Below are positions 9,030 through 20,847 of a stretch of DNA of 64,000 nucleotides, in pieces (within the stretch, counting starts at the first letter, position 1; each line of letters begins with the position of its first letter). Under the pieces are notes generated by a model. The model was not told the DNA's origin. It saw only the letters and a list, made by a program, of their open reading frames with translations, and made no database searches. The position numbers and the translations under genes are program-made. The stretch is from assembly GCA_964019425.1 (NCBI GenBank), contig OZ025805.1, forward strand, positions 868,001-932,000. Direction: 5' to 3'. Origin of the DNA: Flectonema sp. DT1601. Its lineage: Eukaryota.

Positions 9030-9914
9030 TCAGCGGTATATTGTTCGTCGTTTTAACAAACTATGATTTAAAAAGAATACTCTTGAAGATTGTAAAGTAG
9101 ATGAAGATGTTTCTCTTTGTATACTTCAATGAGTGTTTCAGATAGTTATGCGAAGCTGTTCATGCTATATTTCAGTTGTCTTTATTTTCAAGATATTTTT
9201 ATTCGCTCAAATGATTTAAGTAGTGATGAATGCACTCTGTAAGGCTTGTGTTCATGGCTCTTCATTTTACTCTCTCACAGCGGTGTCTTATTGTATTACA
9301 TTTAGACTCATGTTTTTACTTACAATTTAGGAATAGTACCTTTTTCCTTCCCTCTCTGATTTTTTTTGTCGGTAGCTAACAATAGCTTTTTTTAGGGGAG
9401 TGAAATACTGCAGTGAGCATTGTAATTGTTTGAGTATCGGTAGCAATGGAGTGAAGCTAATTCATCCGAAGCTACTGAGTTACCTGCTTATACTTCTCAT
9501 GTTATACTGCAATGTTGGATACATTCTGACGCATTTTTTCCTCGAGATTGTCGTTGAACGCTGCTGTCTTTTTTCTCTTTTCCTCTCTCTGTTTAGACTG
9601 TTATATGTCTATGAAAGAATTGTTTTAGGTGGAGGAAATTTTGTCGCTGTGTCTCTCTTGTAGCCAAGCTTGCTACGTTGATTTTGTTAATTTTGAAACT
9701 AAGATTAACGAAATCTCGATTCCAATATGAGCAGTGAAAGGTTTAGTTATTTAATCATTGTAATTCATTATAACTTAAGTATCATACAAAATATGTTCCG
9801 TGGTTTCTGTCCAAATCAACGATCAAATTAGAGGGTGTCGTTGAACACTGATATTTCTTACTTCGTGATTCTCGCTACTTAATATTACTCTTAATAGTTT
9901 ATCTAACATCAAAT
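9030..9914 (+). repeat. 885-bp intergenic spacer (representative); also 13950-14834, 17160-18044, 20028-20847 (deleted form), 27581-28465, 30677-31561, 37877-38761, 44051-44935, 48629-49513, 51611-52495, 59381-60265
   Basis: The stop-to-ATG distance is 885 bp in all ten intact intervals. Only a few substitutions distinguish the copies. Confidence 0.97.
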
Positions 9915-12900
9915 ATGATTTATTCAATCGCTGTTATCCTCACATTGGCTCTTTCTCAAAGGCCGTGTGATTCGTACGGGAATCTGAGAAGCTGCAGAAG
10001 AGCAGTGTGTCCTGATCTTTCTACTCAACAATGTACTTGGATTAGAACTACGAGGGAGTGTAAATGTGTGAAACCTTCTTGTGATGACTTCTCGACTCCA
10101 ACTACTTGTCAAACATCTAATTGCCCAGACCAGGATGATCGTCAATGCATCTGGATTAATAACGGATGTACTTGCAACAAGGATCCAAGAACCTGTTCTG
10201 ACATCTCAACTCAAGCTGTTTGTCAAAGCTCTAATTGCCCAGACCAGGATGATCGTCAATGCATCTGGATTAATAACGGATGTACTTGCAACAAGGATCC
10301 AAGAATCTGTTCTGACATTTCAACTCAAGCTGTTTGTCAAAGCTCTAATTGCCCAGACCAGGATGATCGTCAATGCATCTGGATTAATAACGGATGTACT
10401 TGCAACAAGGATCCAAGAATCTGTTCTGACATTTCAACTCAAGCTGTTTGTCAAAGCTCTAATTGCCCAGACCAGGATGATCGTCAATGCATCTGGATTA
10501 ATAACGGATGTACTTGCAACAAGGATCCAAGAATCTGTTCTGACATTTCAACTCAAGCTGTTTGTCAAAGCTCTAATTGCCCAGACCAGGATGATCGTCA
10601 ATGCATCTGGATTAATAACGGATGTACTTGCAACAAGGATCCAAGAACCTGTTCTGACATCTCAACTCAAGCTGCTTGTCAAAGCTCTAATTGCCCAGAC
10701 CAGGATGATCGTCAATGCATCTGGATTAATAACGGATGTACTTGCAACAAGGATCCAAGAACTTGTTCCGACATCTCAACTCAAGCTGTTTGTCAAAGCT
10801 CTAATTGCCCAGACCAGGATGATCGTCAATGCATCTGGATTAATAACGGATGTACTTGCAACAAGGATCCAAGAACCTGTTCTGACATCTCAACTCAAGC
10901 TGTTTGTCAAAGTTCTAATTGCCCAGACCAGGATGATCGTCAATGCATCTGGATTAATAACGGATGTACTTGCAACAAGGATCCAAGAACTTGTTCCGAC
11001 ATCTCAACTCAAGCTGTTTGTCAAAGCTCTAATTGCCCAGACCAGGATGATCGTCAATGCATCTGGATTAATAACGGATGTACTTGCAACAAGGATCCAA
11101 GAACCTGTTCTGACATCTCAACTCAAGCTGCTTGTCAAAGCTCTAATTGCCCAGACCAGGATGATCGTCAATGCATCTGGATTAATAACGGATGTACTTG
11201 CAACAAGGATCCAAGAACTTGTTCCGACATCTCAACTCAAGCTGTTTGTCAAAGCTCTAATTGCCCAGACCAGGATGATCGTCAATGCATCTGGATTAAT
11301 AACGGATGTACTTGCAACAAGGATCCAAGAACTTGTTCCGACATCTCAACTCAAGCTGTTTGTCAAAGCTCTAATTGCCCAGACGAAGATGATCGTCAAT
11401 GCATCTGGATTAATAACGGATGTACTTGCAACAAGGATCCAAGAACTTGTTCCGACATCTCAACTCAAGCTGTTTGTCAAAGTTCTAATTGCCCAGACCA
11501 GGATGATCGTCAATGCATCTGGATTAATAACGGATGTACTTGCAACAAGGATCCAAGAACCTGTTCTGACATCTCAACTCAAGCTGCTTGTCAAAGCTCT
11601 AATTGCCCAGACCAGGATGATCGTCAATGCATCTGGATTAATAACGGATGTACTTGCAACAAGGATCCAAGAACCTGTTCTGACATCTCAACTCAAGCTG
11701 TTTGTCAAAGCTCTAATTGCCCAGACCAGGATGATCGTCAATGCATCTGGATTAATAACGGATGTACTTGCAACAAGGATCCAAGAACTTGTTCCGACAT
11801 CTCAACTCAAGCTGTTTGTCAAAGCTCTAATTGCCCAGACCAGGATGATCGTCAATGCATCTGGATTAATAACGGATGTACTTGCAACAAGGATCCAAGA
11901 ACCTGTTCTGACATCTCAACTCAAGCTGTTTGTCAAAGCTCTAATTGCCCAGACCAGGATGATCGTCAATGCATCTGGATTAATAACGGATGTACTTGCA
12001 ACAAGGATCCAAGAACTTGTTCCGACATCTCAACTCAAGCTGTTTGTCAAAGCTCTAATTGCCCAGACCAGGATGATCGTCAATGCATCTGGATTAATAA
12101 CGGATGTACTTGCAACAAGGATCCAAGAACCTGTTCTGACATCTCAACTCAAGCTGTTTGTCAAAGCTCTAATTGCCCAGACCAGGATGATCGTCAATGC
12201 ATCTGGATTAATAACGGATGTACTTGCAACAAGGATCCAAGAACTTGTTCCGACATCTCAACTCAAGCTGTTTGTCAAAGCTCTAATTGCCCAGACCAGG
12301 ATGATCGTCAATGCATCTGGATTAATAACGGATGTACTTGCAACAAGGATCCAAGAACCTGTTCTGACATCTCAACTCAAGCTGTTTGTCAAAGCTCTAA
12401 TTGCCCAGACCAGGATGATCGTCAATGCATCTGGATTAATAACGGATGTACTTGCAACACTGATCCAAGAACCTGTTCCGACATCTCAACTCAAGCTGTT
12501 TGTCAGAGCTCTAATTGCCCAGACCAGGATGATCGTCAATGCATCTGGATTAATAACGGATGTACTTGCAACAAGGATCCAAGAACCTGTTCTGACATCT
12601 CAACTCAAGCTGTTTGTCAAAGCTCTAATTGCCCAGACCAGGATGATCGTCAATGCATCTGGATTAATAACGGATGTACTTGCAACAAGGATCCAAGAAC
12701 CTGTTCTGACATCTCAACTCAAGCTGTTTGTCAAAGCTCTAATTGCCCAGACCAGGATGATCGTCAATGCATCTGGATTAATAACGGATGTACTTGCAAC
12801 AAGGATCCAGGAACTTGTTCCGACATCTCAACTCAAGCTGTTTGTCAAAGCTCTAATTGCCCAGACCAGGATGATCGTCAATGCATCTGGATTAATAACG

Positions 12901-13949
12901 GATGTACTTGCAACAAGGATCCAAGAACCTGTTCCGACATCTCAACTCAAGCTGTTTGTCAAAGCTCTAATTGCCCAGACCAGGATGATCGTCAATGCAT
13001 CTGGATTAATAACGGATGTACTTGCAACAAGGATCCAAGAACTTGTTCCGACATCTCAACTCAAGCTGTTTGTCAAAGCTCTAATTGCCCAGACCAGGAT
13101 GATCGTCAATGCATCTGGATTAATAACGGATGTACTTGCAACAAGGATCCAAGAACTTGTTCCGACATCTCAACTCAAGCTGTTTGTCAAAGCTCTAATT
13201 GCCCAGACCAGGATGATCGTCAATGCATCTGGATTAATAACGGATGTACTTGCAACAAGGATCCAAGAACCTGTTCTGACATCTCAACTCAAGCTGTTTG
13301 TCAAAGCTCTAATTGCCCAGACCAGGATGATCGTCAATGCATCTGGATTAATAACGGATGTACTTGCAACAAGGATCCAAGAACCTGTTCTGACATCTCA
13401 ACTCAAGCTGCTTGTCAAAGCTCTAATTGTCCAGACCAGGATGATCGTCAATGCATCTGGATTAATAACGGATGTACTTGCAACAAGGATCCAAGAACTT
13501 GTTCCGACATCTCAACTCAAGCTGTTTGTCAAAGCTCTAATTGCCCAGACCAGGATGATCGTCAATGCATCTGGATTAATAACGGATGTACTTGCAACAA
13601 GGATCCAAGAACCTGTTCTGACATCTCAACTCAAGCTGTTTGTCAAAGCTCTAATTGCCCAGACCAGGATGATCGTCAATGCATCTGGATTAACAACGGA
13701 TGTACTTGCAACAAGGATCCAAGAACCTGTTCTGACATCTCAACTCAAGCTGCTTGTCAAAGCTCTAATTGCCCAGACCAGGATGATCGTCAATGCATCT
13801 GGATTAATAACGGATGTACTTGCAACAAGGATCCAAGAACCTGTTCTGACATCTCAACTCAAGCTGTTTGTCAGAGCTCTTATTGCCCAGACCAGGATGA
13901 TCGTCGGTGTGTCTGGAGTGAAGTTGGGTGTACTTGCCGATTGATTTAG
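9915..13949 (+). CDS. Family B copy 2 (1344 aa, 35 modules)
   Basis: Same leader and terminal modules as copy 1; open frame. Confidence 0.88.
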   Translation: MIYSIAVILTLALSQRPCDSYGNLRSCRRAVCPDLSTQQCTWIRTTRECKCVKPSCDDFSTPTTCQTSNCPDQDDRQCIWINNGCTCNKDPRTCSDISTQAVCQSSNCPDQDDRQCIWINNGCTCNKDPRICSDISTQAVCQSSNCPDQDDRQCIWINNGCTCNKDPRICSDISTQAVCQSSNCPDQDDRQCIWINNGCTCNKDPRICSDISTQAVCQSSNCPDQDDRQCIWINNGCTCNKDPRTCSDISTQAACQSSNCPDQDDRQCIWINNGCTCNKDPRTCSDISTQAVCQSSNCPDQDDRQCIWINNGCTCNKDPRTCSDISTQAVCQSSNCPDQDDRQCIWINNGCTCNKDPRTCSDISTQAVCQSSNCPDQDDRQCIWINNGCTCNKDPRTCSDISTQAACQSSNCPDQDDRQCIWINNGCTCNKDPRTCSDISTQAVCQSSNCPDQDDRQCIWINNGCTCNKDPRTCSDISTQAVCQSSNCPDEDDRQCIWINNGCTCNKDPRTCSDISTQAVCQSSNCPDQDDRQCIWINNGCTCNKDPRTCSDISTQAACQSSNCPDQDDRQCIWINNGCTCNKDPRTCSDISTQAVCQSSNCPDQDDRQCIWINNGCTCNKDPRTCSDISTQAVCQSSNCPDQDDRQCIWINNGCTCNKDPRTCSDISTQAVCQSSNCPDQDDRQCIWINNGCTCNKDPRTCSDISTQAVCQSSNCPDQDDRQCIWINNGCTCNKDPRTCSDISTQAVCQSSNCPDQDDRQCIWINNGCTCNKDPRTCSDISTQAVCQSSNCPDQDDRQCIWINNGCTCNKDPRTCSDISTQAVCQSSNCPDQDDRQCIWINNGCTCNTDPRTCSDISTQAVCQSSNCPDQDDRQCIWINNGCTCNKDPRTCSDISTQAVCQSSNCPDQDDRQCIWINNGCTCNKDPRTCSDISTQAVCQSSNCPDQDDRQCIWINNGCTCNKDPGTCSDISTQAVCQSSNCPDQDDRQCIWINNGCTCNKDPRTCSDISTQAVCQSSNCPDQDDRQCIWINNGCTCNKDPRTCSDISTQAVCQSSNCPDQDDRQCIWINNGCTCNKDPRTCSDISTQAVCQSSNCPDQDDRQCIWINNGCTCNKDPRTCSDISTQAVCQSSNCPDQDDRQCIWINNGCTCNKDPRTCSDISTQAACQSSNCPDQDDRQCIWINNGCTCNKDPRTCSDISTQAVCQSSNCPDQDDRQCIWINNGCTCNKDPRTCSDISTQAVCQSSNCPDQDDRQCIWINNGCTCNKDPRTCSDISTQAACQSSNCPDQDDRQCIWINNGCTCNKDPRTCSDISTQAVCQSSYCPDQDDRRCVWSEVGCTCRLI

Positions 13950-14834
13950 TCAGCGGTATATTGTTCGTCGTTTTAACAAACTATGATTTAAAAAGAATAC
14001 TCTTGAAGATTGTAAAGTAGATGAAGATGTTTCTCTTTGTATACTTCAATGAGTGTTTCAGATAGTTATGCGAAGCTGTTCATGCTATATTTCAGTTGTC
14101 TTTATTTTCAAGATATTTTTATTCGCTCAAATGATTTAAGTAGTGATGAATGCACTCTGTAAGGCTTGTGTTCATGGCTCTTCATTTTACTCTCTCACAG
14201 CGGTGTCTTATTGTATTACATTTAGACTCATGTTTTTACTTACAATTTAGGAATAGTACCTTTTTCTTTCCCTCTCTGATTTTTTTTGTCGGTAGCTAAC
14301 AATAGCTTTTTTTAGGGTAGTGAAATACTGCAGTGAGCATTGTAATTGTTTGAGTATCGGTAGCAATGGAGTGAAGTTAATTCATCCGAAGCTACTGAGT
14401 TACCTGCTTATACTTCTCATGTTATACTGCAATGTTGGATACATTCTGACGCATTTTTTCCTCGAGATTGTCGTTGAACGCTGCTGTCTTTTTTCTCTTT
14501 TCCTCTCTCTGTTTAGACTGTTATATGTCTATGAAAGAATTGTTTTAGGTGGAGGAAATTTTGTCGCTGTGTCTCTCTTGTAGCCAAGCTTGCTACGTTG
14601 ATTTTGTTAATTTTGAAACTAAGATTAACGAAATCTCGATTCCAATATGAGCAGTGAAAGGTTTAGTTATTTAATCATTGTAATTCATTATAACTTAAGT
14701 ATCATACAAAATATGTTCCGTGGTTTCTGTCCAAATCAACGATCAAATTAGAGGGTGTCGTTGAACACTGATATTTCTTACTTCGTGATTCTCGCTACTT
14801 AATATTACTCTTAATAGTTTATCTAACATCAAAT

Positions 14835-17159
14835 ATGATATATTCAATCGCTGTTATCCTCACATTGGCTCTTTCTCAAAGGCCGTGTGATTCGTACGGG
14901 AATCTGAGAAGCTGCAGAAGAGCAGTGTGTCCTGATCTTTCTACTCAACAATGTACTTGGATTAGAACTACGAGGGAGTGTAAATGTGTGAAACCTTCTT
15001 GTGATGACTTCTCGACTCCAACTACTTGTCAAACATCTAATTGCCCAGACCAGGATGATCGTCAATGCATCTGGATTAATAACGGATGTACTTGCAACAC
15101 AGATCCGAGAACCTGTTCCGAAATCTCAACTCAAGCTGTTTGTCAAAGCTCTAATTGCCCAGATCAGGATGATCGTCAATGCATCTGGATTAATAACGGA
15201 TGTACTTGCAACAAGGATCCAAGAACCTGTTCTGACATCTCAACTCAAGCTGCTTGTCAAAGCTCTAATTGCCCAGACCAGGATGATCGTCAATGCATCT
15301 GGATTAATAACGGATGTACTTGCAACAAGGATCCAAGAACCTGTTCCGACATCTCAACTCAAGCTGTTTGTCAAAGCTCTAATTGCCCAGATCAGGATGA
15401 TCGTCAATGCATCTGGATTAATAACGGATGTACTTGCAACAAGGATCCAAGAACCTGTTCTGACATCTCAACTCAAGCTGTTTGTCAAAGTTCTAATTGC
15501 CCAGACCAGGATGATCGTCAATGCATCTGGATTAATAACGGATGTACTTGCAACAAGGATCCAAGAACATGTTCTGACATCTCAACTCAAGCTGCTTGTC
15601 AAAGCTCTAATTGCCCAGACCAGGATGATCGTCAATGCATCTGGATTAATAACGGATGTACTTGCAACAAGGATCCAAGAACCTGTTCCGACATCTCAAC
15701 TCAAGCTGTTTGTCAAAGCTCTAATTGCCCAGATCAGGATGATCGTCAATGCATCTGGATTAATAACGGATGTACTTGCAACAAGGATCCAAGAACCTGT
15801 TCTGACATCTCAACTCAAGCTGCTTGTCAAAGTTCTAATTGCCCAGACCAGGATGATCGTCAATGCATCTGGATTAATAACGGATGTACTTGCAACAAGG
15901 ATCCAAGAACCTGTTCCGATATCTCAACTCAAGCTGTTTGTCAAAGCTCTAATTGCCCAGATCAGGATGATCGTCAATGCATCTGGATTAATAACGGATG
16001 TACTTGCAACAAGGATCCAAGAACCTGTTCTGACATCTCAACTCAAGCTGCTTGTCAAAGTTCTAATTGCCCAGACCAGGATGATCGTCAATGCATCTGG
16101 ATTAATAACGGATGTACTTGCAACAAGGATCCAAGAACATGTTCTGACATCTCAACTCAAGCTGCTTGTCAAAGCTCTAATTGCCCAGACCAGGATGATC
16201 GTCAATGCATCTGGATTAATAACGGATGTACTTGCAACAAGGATCCAAGAACTTGTTCCGACATCTCAACTCAAGCTGTTTGTCAAAGCTCTAATTGCCC
16301 AGACCAGGATGATCGTCAATGCATCTGGATTAAAAACGGATGTACTTGCAACAAGGATCCAAGAACCTGTTCTGACATCTCAACTCAAGCTGTTTGTCAA
16401 AGCTCTAATTGCCCAGACCAGGATGATCGTCAATGCATCTGGATTAATAACGGATGTACTTGCAACAAGGATCCAAGAACCTGTTCTGACATCTCAACTC
16501 AAGCTGTTTGTCAAAGCTCTAATTGCCCAGACCAGGATGATCGTCAATGCATCTGGATTAATAACGGATGTACTTGCAACAAGGATCCAAGAACTTGTTC
16601 CGACATCTCAACTCAAGCTGTTTGTCAAAGCTCTAATTGCCCAGACCAGCATGATCGTCAATGCATCTGGATTAATAACGGATGTACTTGCAACAAGGAT
16701 CCAAGAACCTGTTCTGACATCTCAACTCAAGCTGCTTGTCAAAGCTCTAATTGCCCAGACCAGGATGATCGTCAATGCATCTGGATTAATAACGGATGTA
16801 CTTGCAACAAGGATCCAAGAACTTGTTCCGACATCTCAACTCAAGCTGTTTGTCAAAGCTCTAATTGCCCAGACCAGGATGATCGTCAATGCATCTGGAT
16901 TAATAACGGATGTACTTGCAACAAGGATCCAAGAACTTGTTCCGACATCTCAACTCAAGCTGTTTGTCAAAGCTCTAATTGCCCAGACCAGGATGATCGT
17001 CAATGCATCTGGATTAATAACGGATGTACTTGCAACAAGGATCCAAGAACCTGTTCCGACATCTCAACTCAAGCTGTTTGTCAAAGCTCTAATTGCCCAG
17101 ACCAGGATGATCGTCGGTGTGTCTGGAGTGAAGTTGGGTGTACTTGCCGATTGATTTAG
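14835..17159 (+). CDS. Family B copy 3 (774 aa, 20 modules)
   Basis: Same leader and terminal modules; open frame. Confidence 0.88.
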   Translation: MIYSIAVILTLALSQRPCDSYGNLRSCRRAVCPDLSTQQCTWIRTTRECKCVKPSCDDFSTPTTCQTSNCPDQDDRQCIWINNGCTCNTDPRTCSEISTQAVCQSSNCPDQDDRQCIWINNGCTCNKDPRTCSDISTQAACQSSNCPDQDDRQCIWINNGCTCNKDPRTCSDISTQAVCQSSNCPDQDDRQCIWINNGCTCNKDPRTCSDISTQAVCQSSNCPDQDDRQCIWINNGCTCNKDPRTCSDISTQAACQSSNCPDQDDRQCIWINNGCTCNKDPRTCSDISTQAVCQSSNCPDQDDRQCIWINNGCTCNKDPRTCSDISTQAACQSSNCPDQDDRQCIWINNGCTCNKDPRTCSDISTQAVCQSSNCPDQDDRQCIWINNGCTCNKDPRTCSDISTQAACQSSNCPDQDDRQCIWINNGCTCNKDPRTCSDISTQAACQSSNCPDQDDRQCIWINNGCTCNKDPRTCSDISTQAVCQSSNCPDQDDRQCIWIKNGCTCNKDPRTCSDISTQAVCQSSNCPDQDDRQCIWINNGCTCNKDPRTCSDISTQAVCQSSNCPDQDDRQCIWINNGCTCNKDPRTCSDISTQAVCQSSNCPDQHDRQCIWINNGCTCNKDPRTCSDISTQAACQSSNCPDQDDRQCIWINNGCTCNKDPRTCSDISTQAVCQSSNCPDQDDRQCIWINNGCTCNKDPRTCSDISTQAVCQSSNCPDQDDRQCIWINNGCTCNKDPRTCSDISTQAVCQSSNCPDQDDRRCVWSEVGCTCRLI

Positions 17160-18044
17160 TCAGCGGTATATTGTTCGTCGTTTTAACAAACTATGATTTA
17201 AAAAGAATACTCTTGAAGATTGTAAAGTAGATGAAGATGTTTCTCTTTGTATACTTCAATGAGTGTTTCAGGTAGTTATGCGAAGCTGTTCATGCTATAT
17301 TTCTGTTGTCTTTATTTTCAAGATATTTTTATTCGCTCAAATGATTTAAGTAGTGATGAATGCACTCTGTAAGGCTTGTGTTCATGGCTCTTCATTTTAC
17401 TCTCTCACAGCGGTGTCTTATTGTATTACATTTAGACTCATGTTTTTACTTACAATTTAGGAATAGTACCTTTTTCCTTCCCTCTCTGATTTTTTTTGTC
17501 GGTAGCTAACAATAGCTTTTTTTAGGGGAGTGAAATACTGCAGTGAGCATTGTAATTGTTTGAGTATCGGTAGCAATGGAGTGAAGTTAATTCATCCGAA
17601 GCTACTGAGTTACCTGCTTATACTTCTCATGTTATACTGCAATGTTGGATACATTCTGACGCATTTTTTCCTCGAGATTGTCGTTGAACGCTGCTGTCTT
17701 TTTTCTCTTTTCCTCTCTCTGTTTAGACTGTTATATGTCTATGAAAGAATTGTTTTAGGTGGAGGAAATTTTGTCGCTGTGTCTCTCTTGTAGCCAAGCT
17801 TGCTACGTTGATTTTGTTAATTTTGAAACTAAGATTAACGAAATCTCGATTCCAATATGAGCAGTGAAAGGTTTAGTTATTTAATCATTGTAATTCATTA
17901 TAACTTAAGTATCATACAAAATATGTTCCGTGGTTTCTGTCCAAATCAACGATCAAATTAGAGGGTGTCGTTGAACACTGATATTTCTTACTTCGTGATT
18001 CTCGCTACTTAATATTACTCTTAATAGTTTATCTAACATCAAAT

Positions 18045-20027
18045 ATGATATATTCAATCGCTGTTATCCTCACATTGGCTCTTTCTCAAAGGCCGTGTGA
18101 TTCGTACGGGAATCTGAGAAGCTGCAGAAGAGCAGTGTGTCCTGATCTTTCTACTCAACAATGTACTTGGATTAGAACTACGAGGGAGTGTAAATGTGTG
18201 AAACCTTCTTGTGATGACTTCTCGACTCCAACTACTTGTCAAACATCTAATTGCCCAGACCAGGATGATCGTCAATGCATCTGGATTAATAACGGATGTA
18301 CTTGCAACAAGGATCCAAGAACCTGTTCTGACATCTCAACTCAAGCTGTTTGTCAAAGCTCTAATTGCCCAGACCAGGATGATCGTCAATGCATCTGGAT
18401 TAATAACGGATGTACTTGCAACAAGGATCCAAGAAGCTGTTCTGACATCTCAACTCAAGCTGTTTGTCAAAGCTCTAATTGCCCAGACCAGGATGATCGT
18501 CAATGCATCTGGATTAATAACGGATGTACTTGCAACAAGGATCCAAGAACCTGTTCTGACATCTCAACTCAAGCTGTTTGTCAAAGCTCTAATTGCCCAG
18601 ACCAGGATGATCGTCAATGCATCTGGATTAACAACGGATGTACTTGCAACAAGGATCCAAGAACCTGTTCTGACATCTCAACTCAAGCTGTTTGTCAAAG
18701 CTCTAATTGCCCAGACCAGGATGATCGTCAATGCATCTGGATTAATAACGGATGTACTTGCAACAAGGATCCAAGAACCTGTTCTGACATCTCAACTCAA
18801 GCTGTTTGTCAAAGCTCTAATTGCCCAGACCAGGATGATCGTCAATGCATCTGGATTAATAACGGATGTACTTGCAACAAGGATCCAAGAACCTGTTCTG
18901 ACATCTCAACTCAAGCTGTTTGTCAAAGCTCTAATTGCCCAGACCAGGATGATCGTCAATGCATCTGGATTAATAACGGATGTACTTGCAACAAGGATCC
19001 AAGAACCTGTTCTGACATCTCAACTCAAGCTGTTTGTCAAAGCTGTAATTGCCCAGACCAGGATGATCGTCAATGCATCTGGATTAATAACGGATGTACT
19101 TGCAACAAGGATCCAAGAACTTGTTCCGACATCTCAACTCAAGCTGCTTGTCAAAGCTCTAATTGCCCAGACCAGGATGATCGTCAATGTATCTGGATTA
19201 ATAACGGATGTACTTGCAACAAGGATCCAAGAACCTGTTCTGACATCTCAACTCAAGCTGCTTGTCAAAGCTCTAATTGCCCAGACCAGGATGATCGTCA
19301 ATGCATCTGGATTAATAACGGATGTACTTGCAACAAGGATCCAATAACCTGTTCTGACATCTCAACTCAAGCTGCTTGTCAAAGCTCTAATTGCCCAGAC
19401 CAGGATGATCGTCAATGCATCTGGATTAACAACGGATGTACTTGCAACAAGGATCCAAGAACCTGTTCTGACATCTCAACTCAAGCTGCTTGTCAAAGCT
19501 CTAATTGCCCAGACCAGGATGATCGTCAATGCATCTGGATTAATAACGGATGTACTTGCAACAAGGATCCAAGAACCTGTTCTGACATCTCAACTCAAGC
19601 TGTTTGTCAAAGCTCTAATTGCCCAGACCAGGATGATCGTCAATGCATCTGGATTAATAACGGATGTACTTGCAACAAGGATCCAAGAACCTGTTCCGAC
19701 ATCTCAACTCAAGCTGTTTGTCAAAGCTCTAATTGCCCAGACCAGGATGATCGTCAATGCATCTGGATTAATAACGGATGTACTTGCAACAAGGATCCAA
19801 GAACCTGTTCTGACATCTCAACTCAAGCTGTTTGTCAAAGCTCTAATTGCCCAGACCAGGATGATCGTCAATGCATCTGGATTAATAACGGATGTACTTG
19901 CAACAAGGATCCAAGAACTTGTTCCGACATCTCAACTCAAGCTGTTTGTCAAAGCTCTAATTGCCCAGACCAGGATGATCGTCGGTGTGTCTGGAGTGAA
20001 GTTGGGTGTACTTGCCGATTGATTTAG
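18045..20027 (+). CDS. Family B copy 4 (660 aa, 17 modules)
   Basis: Same leader and terminal modules; open frame. Confidence 0.88.
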   Translation: MIYSIAVILTLALSQRPCDSYGNLRSCRRAVCPDLSTQQCTWIRTTRECKCVKPSCDDFSTPTTCQTSNCPDQDDRQCIWINNGCTCNKDPRTCSDISTQAVCQSSNCPDQDDRQCIWINNGCTCNKDPRSCSDISTQAVCQSSNCPDQDDRQCIWINNGCTCNKDPRTCSDISTQAVCQSSNCPDQDDRQCIWINNGCTCNKDPRTCSDISTQAVCQSSNCPDQDDRQCIWINNGCTCNKDPRTCSDISTQAVCQSSNCPDQDDRQCIWINNGCTCNKDPRTCSDISTQAVCQSSNCPDQDDRQCIWINNGCTCNKDPRTCSDISTQAVCQSCNCPDQDDRQCIWINNGCTCNKDPRTCSDISTQAACQSSNCPDQDDRQCIWINNGCTCNKDPRTCSDISTQAACQSSNCPDQDDRQCIWINNGCTCNKDPITCSDISTQAACQSSNCPDQDDRQCIWINNGCTCNKDPRTCSDISTQAACQSSNCPDQDDRQCIWINNGCTCNKDPRTCSDISTQAVCQSSNCPDQDDRQCIWINNGCTCNKDPRTCSDISTQAVCQSSNCPDQDDRQCIWINNGCTCNKDPRTCSDISTQAVCQSSNCPDQDDRQCIWINNGCTCNKDPRTCSDISTQAVCQSSNCPDQDDRRCVWSEVGCTCRLI

Positions 20028-20847
20028 TCAGCGGTATATTGTTCGTCGTTTTAACAAATTATGATTTAAAAAGAATACTCTTGAAGATTGTAAAGTAGAT
20101 GAAGATGTTTCTCTTTGTATACTTCAATGAGTGTTTAAGGTAGTTATGCGAAGCTGTTCATGCTATATTTCTGTTGTCTTTATTTTCAAGATATTTTTAT
20201 TCGCTCAAATGATTTAAGTAGTGATGAATGCACTCTGTAAGGCTTGTGTTCATGGCTCTTCATTTTACTCTCTCACAGCGGTGTCTTATTGTATTACAGT
20301 TAGACTCATGTTTTTACTTACAATTTAGGAATAGTACCTTTTTCCTTCCCTCTCTGATTTTTTTTGTCGGTAGCTAACAATAGCTTTTTTTAGGGGAGTG
20401 AAATACTGCAGTGAGCATTGTAATTGTTTGAGTATCGGTAGCAATGGAGTGAAGTTAATTCATCCGAAGCTACTGAGTTACCTGCTTATACTTCTCATGT
20501 TATACTGCAATGTTGGATACATTCTGACGCATTTTTTCCTCGAGATTGTCGTTGAACGCTGCTGTCTTTTTTCTCTTTTCCTCTCTCTGTTTAGACTGTT
20601 ATATGTCTATGAAAGAATTGTTTTAGGTGGAGGAAATTTTGTCGCTGTGTCTCTCTTGTAGCCAAGCTTGCTACGTTGATTTTGTTAATTTTGAAACTAA
20701 GATTAACGAAATCTCGATTCCAATATGAGCAGTGAAAGGTTTAGTTATTTAATCATTGTAATTCATTATAACTTAAGTATCATACAAAATATGTTCCGTG
20801 GTTTCTGTCCAAATCAACGATCAAATTAGAGGGTGTCGTTGAACACT

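Noticed and set aside
9027..9090. Ciliate-type TAG/TAA readthrough adding a GPI tail
   Set aside because: No in-frame TAA/TAG is used inside the genes, and readthrough would add only about 19 mostly polar residues.
9400..9663. 87-aa spacer ORF (MKYCSEH...) repeated in each spacer
   Set aside because: It has a GTG start and lies in T-rich sequence. Its recurrence is explained by spacer duplication, and the diverged homolog at 5669-6037 has a different start and stop.
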